From positions 8,742,001 to 8,806,000 of the forward strand of contig NC_083277.1 in the NCBI RefSeq assembly GCF_963506605.1: a DNA stretch of 64,000 bases. Reading direction: 5' to 3'. This document shows positions 24,164 to 35,290 of the stretch, one piece after another (position 1 is the first letter of the stretch; each line of letters opens with the position of its first letter). The notes below the pieces were generated by a model. It saw nothing but the letters and a program-made list of their open reading frames with translations. It made no database searches and was not told the DNA's origin. The translations under genes were made by a program, and so were the position numbers. Source of the DNA: Zootoca vivipara. Lineage: Eukaryota.

Positions 24164-25020
24164 CCCACCTCTCGCTTCCCCCCACCTTTCCCTAAATTCC
24201 CTTCCATTCAATGCACGTTGATTTCCTCTTAACGGGAATCTCCCGTGTCTGATTGTTGTCTCATTGCTTTTACCGGGCATAAAGCAGCCTTTTAAAAATC
24301 CTGCTGCAGTTTTCTTTCTACCTTATGCTGCTTGGTTGTCTGTGGAGCTGCCCCTTTAAGGATTTGTAAGTAGTCTGGATCGCAGTCCTTGCCTTGGGGA
24401 CTTTTATTTATTTATTAAGGACTTTTTCCTTCGCTGTTTGCGAGCTGCTAAAAGGAGCTGCTAAACGCTGCTTTACACAAAAGTTAAACTGCCGGTCCTA
24501 ACACGTGCTTCCTCACCTCGCTGGCTCAATTGCTTCTCAATTGCTACCATTTACCAAGTCAGCAATCTTAATTGCTGCTTAGCTGGCTTCTTTGTTCTCA
24601 GCAGGTAGCTTCTTTGCTATCAGTGATAGCACTGCAAAGTGCTATGTTGTTGGAACTTCAGACAGTCTTGCAGTCTTGGGAAGCTGGCTGGTAGAGATCC
24701 TTACTTGCTTTAGGTATAGGCTACTGCTAGGACTGTATCACACAGATAGATTCCATTATACTGGTTTAGATTTAAGAAGCTCCAGTGTAGCAGATTGCTA
24801 TTAAGTGAGTCCCCACCTTGGAGGAGAGAGAGAGCAGCCCTTCGCGAACATCCCAGGGCCGGGGAGAGAGGGCTGCACCAGGGACGCACACACCTCCCTT
24901 CCCTCAGACTCGTAATAAAAATACCGGTACCAGTAAGACATCCCACCAAAAATAAGCCACCCTGTGGTTTTTTGAGAAAAAAAAGTAATAAGACGGTGTC
25001 TTAAAAAGGGGGAAACACGG
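23609..25020. mobile_element. Non-autonomous pogo/Tigger-like DNA element (1.4 kb), same termini family as 17674-19076
   Basis: TA|CCGTGTTTCCCC...GGGGAAACACGG|TA; contains (TC)n(CA)n at ~24094-24161; right ~335 bp recur inverted at 63666-64000. Confidence 0.85.
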
Positions 25021-25120
25021 TAACTCCTCAAATTGTTTGGGTGTGCCTTTGAAATATAAATATTATTTAGATTTATATATAGTGCACCTGAGAATAAATT
25101 TTGACAACCTCATCAGCCCT

Positions 25121-25482
25121 TAAAGGTAAAGGGACCCCTGACCATCAGGTCCAGTCGTGCCCGACTCTGGGGTTGCGGCGCTCATCTCGCTCTATAGGCC
25201 GAGGGAGCCGGCATTTGTCCGCAGACAGCTTCTGGGTCCTGTGGCCAGCATGACAAAGCTGCTTCTGGCGAACCAGAGCAGCGCATGGAAACACCGTTTA
25301 CCTTCCCGCCGGAGCGGTCCCTATGTATCTACTTGCACTTTGATGTGCTTTCAAACTGCTAGGTGGGCAGGAGCTGGGACCGAGCAACAGGAGCTCACCC
25401 CGTTGCAGGGATTCGAACCGCCGACCTTCTGATCAGCAAGCCCTAGACTCTGTTGTTTAACCCACAGTGCCACCTGGGTCCC
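25121..25482 (-). mobile_element. Sauria SINE
   Basis: Full-length reverse copy with TSD-like TCA(T/C)CAGCCCT flanks. Confidence 0.9.
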
Positions 25483-25550
25483 TTCACCAGCCCTTAGAGG
25501 GGATAATAGGTTTTTTTTAGGCATGAATGGTCACACAGGTGAGCAGTTAC

Positions 25551-25649
25551 CTGCAAAACCTCCTTTTTCTGTTTCCTCAGGGTCTTGAGTGAATAAATCT
25601 TCCTTTCCTTCCTGCCAGGGGACGGACTCTGGTTTGGGAATCAAAAGTC
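25551..25649 (-). CDS. Gene B KRAB-B-like exon (99 nt)
   Basis: GTAAAG|GA ... GCA G|GTAACT; GLLIPKPESVPWQEGKEDLFTQDPEE; phase 1-1. Confidence 0.75.
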
Positions 25650-25794
25650 CTTTACAGAAGGGAAGAAAACACAGGAAGTTAAGGAGTGATTTCTGCCATC
25701 TCAAGTCATCTAAGCTAGAAAAACGTGTCCCTCACATGCTCCTGGCAACTCTCAGAACCCTTAAGAAACTACAGTCCCCATTTGGGCAAAAACA

Positions 25795-26013
25795 TAGAAT
25801 CATAGAGTTTGACAGGACCCCAAGGGTTGACTAGTCCAACCCTTGCAATGCAGGAATCTCAGCTAAAGCATCCATGACAGATGGCCACCCAACATCTGCT
25901 TAAAAACCTCCAAGGAAGGAGAGTCCAGCACCTTCCGAGGAAGATCGTTCCACTGTCGAACAGCTCTTCCGGTCAGAAAGTTCTTCCTGTTTGGTTGGAA
26001 TCTCCTTTCTTGT
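25795..26013 (-). mobile_element. CR1 LINE 3' end
   Basis: ATAGAATCATAGAGTT tail, same 3' end as 28968-29522. Confidence 0.75.
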
Positions 26014-26260
26014 AACCAGGATAATTGGCTTCCTGCAGCCAATCAAAAGCCGTGCTTTGTTTCCAAATGTTTTGGAAGTCGGACGGACTTCTGGAATGGA
26101 TTCCGTTCGACTTCCAATGTACGACTGTACTAGGGTCAATTCTATTTTTAAAGAGGAGACTATCCCTGAGAAATAGCCATGGTTGACATACATGGGAGAT
26201 ACAAGCTGCTCTTTCCCTCCGCCTTGCTCCCTTACAGGCTACTGCAGAGGAGATTCTTAC

Positions 26261-26387
26261 CCAATGAAGCCATATTCCCATAATTCTCCAACGTGACCTC
26301 ATTGTACAGAAATCTTTCGTCCGGATCCAACAAGGCCCATTCTTCCTCTGCAAAGTAAACTGCCACCTCCTCGAAGGCCAATGGTCC
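26261..26387 (-). CDS. Gene B KRAB-A exon (127 nt)
   Basis: [42 protein letters not shown]; canonical 127-nt length; TTTCAG| acceptor and |GTAAGA donor. Confidence 0.92.
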
Positions 26388-26704
26388 CTGAAATAAGGAA
26401 AATATTGCTTCCTCAACGCTTGCTGTCTAGGCATTATTATTTATTGCCTGTATATCCCCACAGGAGCTCAAGGGGATGTAATTGGTTCACACACACCCCA
26501 GCTCATCTCCTGTTGTTATCATAGAATTATAGAGTTGGAAGGGGATCCCAAGGATCATCTAGTCCAACCCCCGGCAATAGAGGGGGCGGTTATCATCTCA
26601 ACAACCCTGTAAGGCCGGTTAGGCTAAGTGACAGGGCCAGGCCCAAGGTCGCCCAGTGAGGTTCATGGCTGGGGTTCCCTAGGTTCTAGTCCGACACTCT
26701 AACC

Positions 26705-26958
26705 CAGGGGTCAGCAAACGTTTTCAGCAGGGGGCCGGTCCACTGTCCCTCAGACCTTGTGGGAGGCCGGACTATATTTAATAAAAAATAAAAAATGAAT
26801 GAATTCCTATGCCCCACAAATAACCCAGAGATGCATTTTAAATAAAAGGGCACATTCTACTCATGTAAAAACACGCTGATTCCTGGACCATCCGTGGGCT
26901 GGATTTAGAAGGCAATTGGGCCGGATCTAGCGCCCAGGCCTTAGTTTGCCTAGCTATG
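26705..26958. mobile_element. hAT MITE
   Basis: CAGGGGTCAGCAAAC ... AGTTTGCCTAGCTATG; TSD-like (C/A)TCTAACC. Confidence 0.65.
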
Positions 26959-27402
26959 ATCTAACCACTACACCACAACAACTTTCCCAGGAAGGATGCA
27001 AGAATTCTCCTCGTTAGTTTGCAAGAGAGGTGGGGCACCTTTTTGACCCAGTGGGACAGACCCTTATTAATCTCCACCCCCCTCCATTGGCCAACTTTGA
27101 CAGGTGGTTGGGGCAACCCATCCGATGTCGTGATGTCAGGTGGTTGACAGGTGGGTTTCCCCGCCCGCCAGTCCAAGACCCTTGGCACAGCTCCTCCCAA
27201 GCTCCTGGCAGTCAGCTAGGAACTGCAGTGCCAAGGGACTTTGCCAGTCCTCTGCTGGGGGCTTCTCAGGCGCTGAGCGCAGGGTTGGCAACAGTCAGAT
27301 ACTGGGGGAACTTGGGGCCTGAGCACAGCAGCATTCTCCCCTCCTGTGCTTTCCCGGAACTGATATTTAGAAGCATTCCTTACAATGGAGTTGTCAGGAT
27401 GC

Positions 27403-27761
27403 TGTCAGTGACTCCCAGCCGGTTGCCCGGGAAAGTATAAAGACAAGGGAAAGTTTCTTACTGTCCTTTTTTATTTCAATATTACAGAGAGAGGCTATAG
27501 AACCCAGCCTCTTGGATAATGGCAATGTCCTGAGTGAATCTCCACCCGCACCCCACCCCGTCTCTCCCACGTTCTCATTCGTCATTCTCATCGTCTCCTC
27601 TACAGGTGCTGCTATGGGCCCTCTGTCTTTGAGCTTCTTGCTCTCCTACTTTTAAGGCTCACCGGGTTCTGGGAGATGGAGGTTCTGGGATCCTTTCTAA
27701 TGACACCGTGTCAGGATGGGGAGGCGGTCTCCACCATTCCTCCTCTGCCCAGTCCCTGACA
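27403..27761 (-). mobile_element. Solo LTR (probably Gypsy-type), related to 41625-42697
   Basis: TGTCAG...CTGACA termini, AATAAA near the 3' end, 5' part GGGACTGGGCAGAGGAGGAATGGTGGAGACCGCC shared with the 41625 copy; TSD imperfect. Confidence 0.6.
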
Positions 27762-28219
27762 GAAGGCAGAGCATGGGCATCAGGGTTAGTAAGACGCTTT
27801 GAGATTTGTTTTACTGCAAAGTGACAAATAAGTCCAATAGAGTCGTACCTTGGATTCCGAATGCCTTGGAACTCGGACGTTTTGGCTCCCGAAAACTACA
27901 AATCCGGAAGTGAGTGTTCCAGTTTGCGAACGTTATTTGGAAGCCGAATGTCCGAATGGGGCTTCCGTGGCTTCTGATTAGCTGCAGGAGCTTCCTGCGG
28001 CCAATCAGAAGCTGCACTTTGGTTTCCAAACGTTTTGGAAGTCAAACGGACTTCTGGAATGGATTCTGTTTGACTTCCAAGGTGCAAACCAGAAAAAAGC
28101 GTGCGCATCCAACATCCGGCAAATTCTTAACCACATGGCAAACCACCTCAACTACATCTCTATTCCCTCTTCCTCGCCTTCCCTCCCCAACCTCCGCAAC
28201 TCCCACGTTCAGGCCTCAC

Positions 28220-28284
28220 CTGAGTTGGCTCCGGAGCAGGATGAAGAGACGAACCACAGGAAATCAGAGGCCACGCCCCACTGG
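28220..28284 (-). CDS. Gene B short linker exon (65 nt) preceding KRAB-A
   Basis: CCTTGTAG|CC ... ACT CAG|GTGAGG; supplies the needed phase 1 to phase 0 conversion; ASGAWPLISCGSSLHPAPEPTQ. Confidence 0.7.
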
Positions 28285-28555
28285 CTACAAGGCAGGAAGG
28301 GATGGGAGAAGCAAAATGGGAGACAGGCCACCATTACATTCTTTTCATTTATTTAAAACATTTGTCAGGTCACCACACTTCCAATTCTACAGTTATATTA
28401 TTCTATTAATATTAAACCGCTCTGGGAATTGTGTCTCTGGGAATAGAATAGGGGTTTTCCCAGGATCCTTTGGGGGAAGCCGTGATGGTAGGAAGCAGCT
28501 TTAAATGTAGGTTGTTTATGTTTATGTTTAATGCTAGACATACAGTCACACCTCG

Positions 28556-28735
28556 GGTTACAGGTAGGTAGCCATGTTGGTCTGCCGTAGTCGAAACAAA
28601 ATAAAAAATTTCCTTCCAGTAGCACCTTAGAGACCAACTAAGTTTGTCATAGGTATGAGTGTGCATGCACACGGAAGCTCATACCTATGACAAACTTAGT
28701 TGGTCTCTAAGGTGCTACTGGAAGGAATTTTTTTA
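28556..28735. mobile_element. Penelope-like element terminal fragments fused as a palindrome
   Basis: GTTACAGGTAGGTAGCC...GTAGCACCTTAGAGACCAACTAAG, mirrored around GTGTGCATGCACAC. Confidence 0.7.
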
Positions 28736-28967
28736 TTTAGTCATACCTTGGGTTACAGACGCTTCAGGTTGTGTGTTTTCGGGTTGCGCACTGCGCCAAA
28801 CCCGGAACTACTGGAACGGGTTACTTCTGGGTTTCAGCGTTCACGCATGCGCAGAAGTGCTAAATCGCACTTTGCGCATGCACATAAGTGCTGAATTGCG
28901 ACTCGCGCATGCGCAGACGCGGCGCTGCAGGTTGCAAATGCTGCAGGTTGTGAACGTGCCTCCCACT

Positions 28968-29522
28968 TAGAATCATAGAGTTGGAAGAGACCACAAGGGC
29001 CATCCAGTCCAACCCCCTGCCAAGCAGGAAACACCATCAAAGCATTCTTGACATATGGCTGTCAAGCCTCTGCTTAAAGACCTCCAAAGAAGGAGACTCC
29101 GCCACACTCCTTGGCAGCAAATTCCACTGTCGAACAGCTCTTACTGTCAGGAAGTTCTTCCTAATGTTTAGGTGGAATCTTCTTTCTTGTAGTTTGAATC
29201 CATTGCTCCATGTCCGCTTCTCTGGAGCAGCAGAAAACAACCTTTCTCCCTCCTCTATATGACATCCTTCTATACATTTGAACATGGCTATCATATCACC
29301 CCTTAACCTTCTCTTCTCCAGGCTAAACATACCCAGCTCCCTAAGCCGTTCCTCATAAGGCATCGTTTCCAGGCCTTTGACCATTTTGGTTGCCCTCTTC
29401 TGGACACGTTCCAGCTTGTCAGTATCCTTCTTGAACTGTGGTGCCCAGAACTGGACACAGTACTCCAGGTGAGGTCCGACCAGAGCAGAATACAGTGGTA
29501 CTATTACTTCCCTTGATCTAGA
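28968..29522 (-). mobile_element. CR1 LINE 3' fragment
   Basis: ORF2 end [30 protein letters not shown]...[10 protein letters not shown]...FKQRLD plus ATGATTCTA tail. Confidence 0.92.
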
Positions 29523-29665
29523 TCACATGGATCACATTCGCGTCCTGAGCGTCCACTGTATGCACATACCTAGGTCTATGCCCCCTTGAATTAATGACTG
29601 AAGGAAACAAAACCTTTGTAAACAAGCCACTTTTGTAAAGTCTAATCCATCCCATAACTCCTTAC

Positions 29666-29780
29666 CAAGCAGACTGGCATCTTCATTCTCCTCCTCCTCC
29701 TCCTTGCATAAAGGTCCTGGCTGAATGCTCAAAGGTGAGAGGAGACCCAGAGCAGTCTCCCTTTTTTCCTCCTCAGGTAC
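29666..29780 (-). CDS. Gene B coding exon 2 (115 nt)
   Basis: GCTCCAG|GTA CCT ... CTT G|GTAAGG; VPEEEKRETALG...EDASLL; phase 0-1. Confidence 0.8.
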
Positions 29781-30123
29781 CTGGAGCAACAGAGAGGACG
29801 TAAGAGCATCAGAAGAGTATTTTGGATCAGACCAGTTGGCCCATCTAGTCCAGCATCCTGTTCGTACTAGATGCCTGTGGGGAAGGACCCCCTTGTTCAG
29901 GGCAGAGTGACGGAAGTTAGAGGGAGCACCAAAAGGAAACAGTGCTTTTCTAGCCAGGAGTGGAGAAACCTACAAGCACCTCCAGATGTTGCTGGACTAC
30001 AGCTCCCATCGTCCCAGACCATTGACCATGCTTGCTGCATGGAGTCCATCAACACCCAGAAGACACGGGGCTGGCAAAGCTTGATTTAGAGGAGTGGGGC
30101 GGGTTCTGTTGCCGTTGACAATA

Positions 30124-30484
30124 CAGGTGAAACTTGGGAAATTAGAATACCGTCGAATAGTGCATTTATTTCAGTAATGCAACTTAAAAGGTAAACCAAT
30201 ATATGAGATAGATGCATGACATGCAAAGCAAGATATGTCGAGCCTTTATTTGTTGTAATTGTAATTATTTGTCGTTAGGCGGGTCAATTATAAATGGAAT
30301 GCAATTAATGAAATGTAATAGCGATGTTTATTTTTGTTTATTTTTGTAACTATTTGTTTTATTACTGTGGAATTTCCAAAAGAAAGCATTTGTAAAAATT
30401 AAAAGAAAAAGAAAAAATGACAAGTTGCATTGCTGAAATAAAGGCACTTTTCGACGATATTCTAGTTTTCCGAGTTTCACCTGT
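30124..30484. mobile_element. Tc1/mariner MITE
   Basis: TA|CAGGTGAAACT...AGTTTCACCTG|TA; internally deleted relative at ~44140-44335. Confidence 0.8.
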
Positions 30485-30648
30485 AAATGGGCAGCCAGAA
30501 AATGACATGAGTATTGAGTAATGGGATTTGATATTTTGCTTGAATTCTTTAATTTGGGTGTTTGATGGCCTTTTGCATACTGCTTTGCTAAAATAATAAT
30601 AATAATAAAATAATGATAAGTGCCCCTTCGGATATTTGGTGGCCTCAC

Positions 30649-31410
30649 CTTCCGTTCCCATCCCTGAGGCTCATCCTCTTCCTGGCTCAGCAGGAAGTCC
30701 TCTGCCAGGGCCACCGCTTCGGCACAGCTCTCTGCGCCCCCTGCCTTGACCCAGCCCTGCATTTCCTGAGGCAGGACGGCCAAGAACTGCTCCAGGGCCA
30801 CCATCTCAACCACCTGCTCCTTGGTGTGCTTCTCCGGCTTCAGCCACTGACAGCACAGCTCCCGGAGCCGCCTGCAAATCTCTCGGGGTCCCTCCGTCTC
30901 CCGGTAGCAGAAATGTCTGAAGCGTTTACGCTGGATTTCAGCGCTAATGTCACCCGGGACAGTTGCCCTTTCCACCTTGGCGTCTCCCCTCCCTCTGACA
31001 TGCAGGCTCTTTGGGGCTTCGGCGTTGAGATCTGGCGAGATTTGGGTCAACCTCTCCGCTCTAGGACACCGGTCACTTTGGGCTTCCTCTCCGATGGAGA
31101 CCTTATCACCCCATTGAAGCTGCGGATTATCCCATCCTGCTTGGCCCCATAAAAAGTCATGCCACCGGGTTTCCCAGTGTTGGGCCAAACCTTCCTCGGG
31201 TTCCTGTTTAATCTGTAGCAGTGGCGGACCTTTGGAAAAGCTTTGGGCTGCCCCAGCTTGCACAAAATGGCGGCCTTTGTCTCCTTGTTCTTCTCCAATT
31301 GAATCATCTGGTGCTTCTGCCTCTTCCGATTTAATTCCTGCAGGCAACTCGTGAGCGAATAAAGGCTGAAATTGGAAGCCTACAGTTGCCATCCCTGATC
31401 CTCCGGACAT
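30649..31410 (-). CDS. Gene B first coding exon with SCAN domain
   Basis: [64 protein letters not shown]...EAVALAEDF; donor AAG|GTGAGG, phase 0. Confidence 0.92.
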
Positions 31411-32127
31411 CCAAGAGGCCTCTTTCTCTTTCGCCTCGACGGAGCTGGATCTACAGATTTGCTCTGTGCCTCTTAACTAGAGGGAGGCTGCTTCGGCCCT
31501 GTAAAACGCAAAATCTTTAGGAAAGGCTGCAGGGCTAGATCTTTAGATGATCTTTATAGACTATAGAGAAGGGTCACCCAGAAGGTGGATTCATTCTCAA
31601 GCCAGGGGACAGGCCTCTCCCTAAAGAAAATAAGACATAAGCATATTGAATGAAGAGTTCTGCTGGATCAGACCTGTCTTGTCCACCATCTTGGAAAATG
31701 CCACCTCCCTGGGCTGGATGTAACCAGGAAGGCAGGCAGGTTGAGTCAGACAAAGGTTGGTGGGGCAGTGCCCCATTTGCCCTAATGCCTCAAGGACCAG
31801 CCTCTATTGCTCTTTCTTCTATACAACTATTAAATGTATAGGACCCCTGCCCTCTTTTTAATCTGGCTACCCCTCTTTAGACAGACTTACCTTCCATCAA
31901 GGAGGCATCTCTCTCTCCCCCCCTTTCTTTCATTTCAGGGGATCCCTGAAAGCAAAGTTGTGCAGAATTCCCTACAAGCTGCATTTGATGTTAAAATTAG
32001 AACCCGCCTCCTCCTGGTTGTTTTAGCTGGAAGGGGCAGATGGCTAAATAAGCACGTGTAGCTTATTCCATTGTGTACACATTAGAGAAGACTCTTATTT
32101 TGCTCCTGCTGAAAGGATAAAAAACTT

Positions 32128-32260
32128 GGGATAGCTCAGTCAGTAGAGCATGAGACCTTTAATCTCAGGGTTGTGGGTTCGAGCCCCATGTTGTGCAAAA
32201 AAAATCCTGCATTGCAGGGGGATGGACAACACTTGAGGTCCCTTTTAACTCTACAATTCA
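32128..32260 (+). mobile_element. tRNA-Lys-derived SINE with CR1-type 3' tail
   Basis: ATAGCTCAGTCAGTAGAGCATGAGACCTTTAATCTCAGGGTTGTGGGTTCGAGCCCCA followed by CR1-like CCTGCATTGCAGGGGG; related copies at ~2425(-), 33540, 52925, 58030. Confidence 0.7.
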
Positions 32261-33639
32261 GCAACTCAGACTCTTACAACCATCCCTGACAACCCCCCCC
32301 CCCAAAAAAAATTTGCTACCAGAATTGTAGAAACAGCATTAGGTTGCCACCTTCCCTCCCTCTGTCATGTTCCTGTGCAGCCTGAGAGACACATAAATTA
32401 AGCAAAAGGACATTTTCCCCTGACACCCCTAAATTTTGCCTCCTAATGTGCATGAATATCATTGCTACTACCTTTTCACCCCGTCTCACTCCTGTACCTA
32501 TTACAGCAGCCAGAGACACCAAAAACAAGCAGGGGGGCATTTGCTTCCTGACACCCCTTCCCCCAATTTTCCCACCTGAACTGCAGAAACAACATTAGGT
32601 TGCCACCTTTCTGCATCTACCATGTTCCTGCGTTCATTACAGCAGCCAGAAGCACGGAAAATAAATATTTTCTCCTGACAATCACACTCCGCACAGCTGC
32701 CGCCTGTCTTGTGGGAACAACACTGAGTTGCCACATTTCCTCCCTGTGTCGAGCTCCTGTGCTTTTTTTGCAGCAGCAGCCTGAGACAACAAGAAAAAAA
32801 AACCAAGAGTCTCCCCTGTCTTTGTGGTGGTGGTTTGTGTAGTTTGCCAGCTTTTTTTTGACAAAACGACGAAAGCAAATCGTAATCATAAATCTTTGCA
32901 CCCCAGTGGAGTTTCTTCCTCTCATTCTGTTTATTGCAGACGCAACTCCCAAACGTGAGCAATTGATGCAAACAATAATATTAATAATGACTACATCCTT
33001 GCAACCTCATGCAAGGACCGGGGTGAGAGAGCATCATCCCTGCTCCTTACAGGCCCCTGTTCGGATGCCTTTTCTCCCTCTTTTTACTACTCCATCCCTT
33101 GCAGTTGAAATTCCCTTTGTCTTCTCTCCCCCCCCCCGTTTCTTTCAACTCACCCCTCCAGCACGCCCTGCAAGCGGCACCTCTGCCTCTGTCTCTGAGC
33201 AAAGGAGGCCTCTGCATCCCCAGAAGGGAGGGAGAGAAGGAGGCAGAATAAGAAGAATGGCAATAATAACACAGGAAGGTCCTTTTGGCATCCCTCCTTC
33301 TCGGGAGCCTGTCTAGGAAGCTGGGCTCCATCTTCTCCTTTTTCTTAACCCTTTCCAAAGGCAGAGTAGGAGGCAACCAGGGAACTGCCGCTGGAGGGAG
33401 AAGGAATCGCACCACATTTCACATCATGGTTCAAAACCGCACCAGGGACATTAGGAATCTGCTTTAGGACCAACCAAGTCTGACTTTTGGTCCATCTAGC
33501 TCAGGATGTCTGCACTGACTGGCAACAGCTCTCCAGGACAGGAGACTCTTTTAATCTCAGGGTTGCGGGTTCAAGCCCCAGGTTGGGCAAAATGATTCCT
33601 GCATTGCTGGGGCGGGGGGCAGGGTAGGTCTAAATAGTA

Positions 33640-33709
<70 letters not shown>
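33640..33709 (+). repeat. (ATG)n(AAT)n microsatellite at L2 tail
   Basis: Seen directly. Confidence 0.9.
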
Positions 33710-33710
<1 letters not shown>

Positions 33711-34240
33711 CCGCCCATCTGGCTGGGTTTCCCCAGCCACTCTGGGCGGCTTATAACAGAATATTAAAATACAATAATCTATTAAACATTAAAAGCTTCC
33801 CTAAACAGGGCTGCCTTCAGATGTCTTCTAAAAGTCTGGTAGTTGTTTTTCTCTTTGACATCTGATGGAAGGCCCTCAGCGCTGGACCTCCGTGTCCGGG
33901 TAGAACGATGGGGGTGGAGACGCTCCTTCAGGTATACTGGACCGAGGCCATTTAGGGCTTTAAAGGTCAGCACCAACACTTTGAATTGTGCTCGGAAACG
34001 TACTGGGAGCCAATGTAGGTCTTTCAAGACCGGTGTTACATGGTCTCGGCGGCCGCTCCCAGTCACCAGTCTAGCTGCTACATTCTGGATTAGTTGTAGT
34101 TTCCGAGTCACCTTCAAGGGTAGCCCCACATAGAGCGCATTGCAGTAGTCCAAGCGAGAGATAACTAGAGCATGCACCACTCTGGCGAGACAGTCCGTGG
34201 GCAGGTAGGGTCTCAGCCTGCGTACCAGATGGAGCTGATA
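33709..34240 (-). mobile_element. L2 LINE 3' fragment
   Basis: VHALVISRLDYCNALYVGLPLKVTRKLQLIQNVAARLVTG...LHWLPVRFRAQFKVLVLTFKALNG, typical L2 ORF2 C-terminus. Confidence 0.9.
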
Positions 34241-34375
34241 GACAGATTACCCTTGGGGTCCCTTCCAATTCTACAATTCTATTATTATTTGTTCTTACCC
34301 TCCCAGGGCTATGGTTCCCACAGATATTTAGTAAGGTGGAAGCCATGACTGTTTAAAGTGGCATCATGCTGTTTT

Positions 34376-34868
34376 CATAGAATCAGAATTGCAGAGTTGG
34401 AAGGGAGCTCAATGGTCCTGTATTCCAGCCACTTGCGATGCAGGAATCTCAACTGAATCATACATGACAGGTGGCCCGCCAACCTCTGCTTAAAAACTTC
34501 CAAGAAAGGAGAGTCCACCATCTCCAAGGGAGACTGTTCCACTGTTGAACAGCTTTTACCATCCAGTTCTGAGCGCCACAATTTAAGGAGGATATTGCCA
34601 AGCCGGAACGGGTACAGAGGAGGGCAACCAAGATGATCAAGGCTTGGAAACCAAGCCTTATGAGGCATGTTTGAAGGAGCTGGGTGTGTTTGGCCAGGAA
34701 AAGAGGAGACTGAGAGGAGATATGAGAGCCATCTTCAAAGATCTCAAGGGCTATCACATGGAAGAGGGAACAAGCTTGTTTTCTCCCGCTCTGGATGGCG
34801 GGACTCGAACCAATGGCTTCAAGTTGCAAGAAAGGGGATTCCAAATAAACTTCAGGAAGAACTTTCTG
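34376..34868. mobile_element. CR1 insertion with inverted 5' segment
   Basis: 3' tail piece on - (34376-34560) abuts the adjacent upstream CR1 segment on + (34561-34868). Confidence 0.75.
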
Positions 34869-35004
34869 GTGCAGATGACGCCTAGCATGTAGTGCAGGCT
34901 CAGAATTAATGATTTCCTAGAAACTAGTGACTTTTCATAATAAACACCATGCCTTTTAAATCAGGGACAAACTGGAAAACAGAGTAAACAAATGCATGCT
35001 TATC

Positions 35005-35290
35005 ACTGAATCACAGAGTTGGATGGGACCAATGGTCATCTAGTCCAGCCCCCTGCAATGCAGGAATCTCAGAGAAAGCATCCATGACAGAGGGCTATCC
35101 AACCTCTGCTTAAAAACCTTCAAGGAGGGAGACATTTTCACTGTCAAACAGCTCTGTCAGAAAGTTTTCCCTGATGTTTAGTCCGAATCTCCTTTTGTGT
35201 AACTTGAAGCCATTGGTTCGAGTCCTACCCTCCAGAGCAGGAGAAAACAAGCATGCGCCCTCTCCCATTGAGATATTTGAAGATGGCTAT
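35005..35290 (-). mobile_element. CR1 LINE 3' fragment
   Basis: Homologous to 28968-29290. Confidence 0.7.

Noticed and set aside
19840-31410. Assigning human ZNF/ZKSCAN/ZSCAN gene symbols
   Set aside because: Lineage-specific family; orthology cannot be determined from sequence reading alone.
32128-32200. tRNA-Lys-like gene
   Set aside because: Stems degenerate, directly fused to a CR1-like tail and multi-copy in the window: a SINE head, not a tRNA gene.
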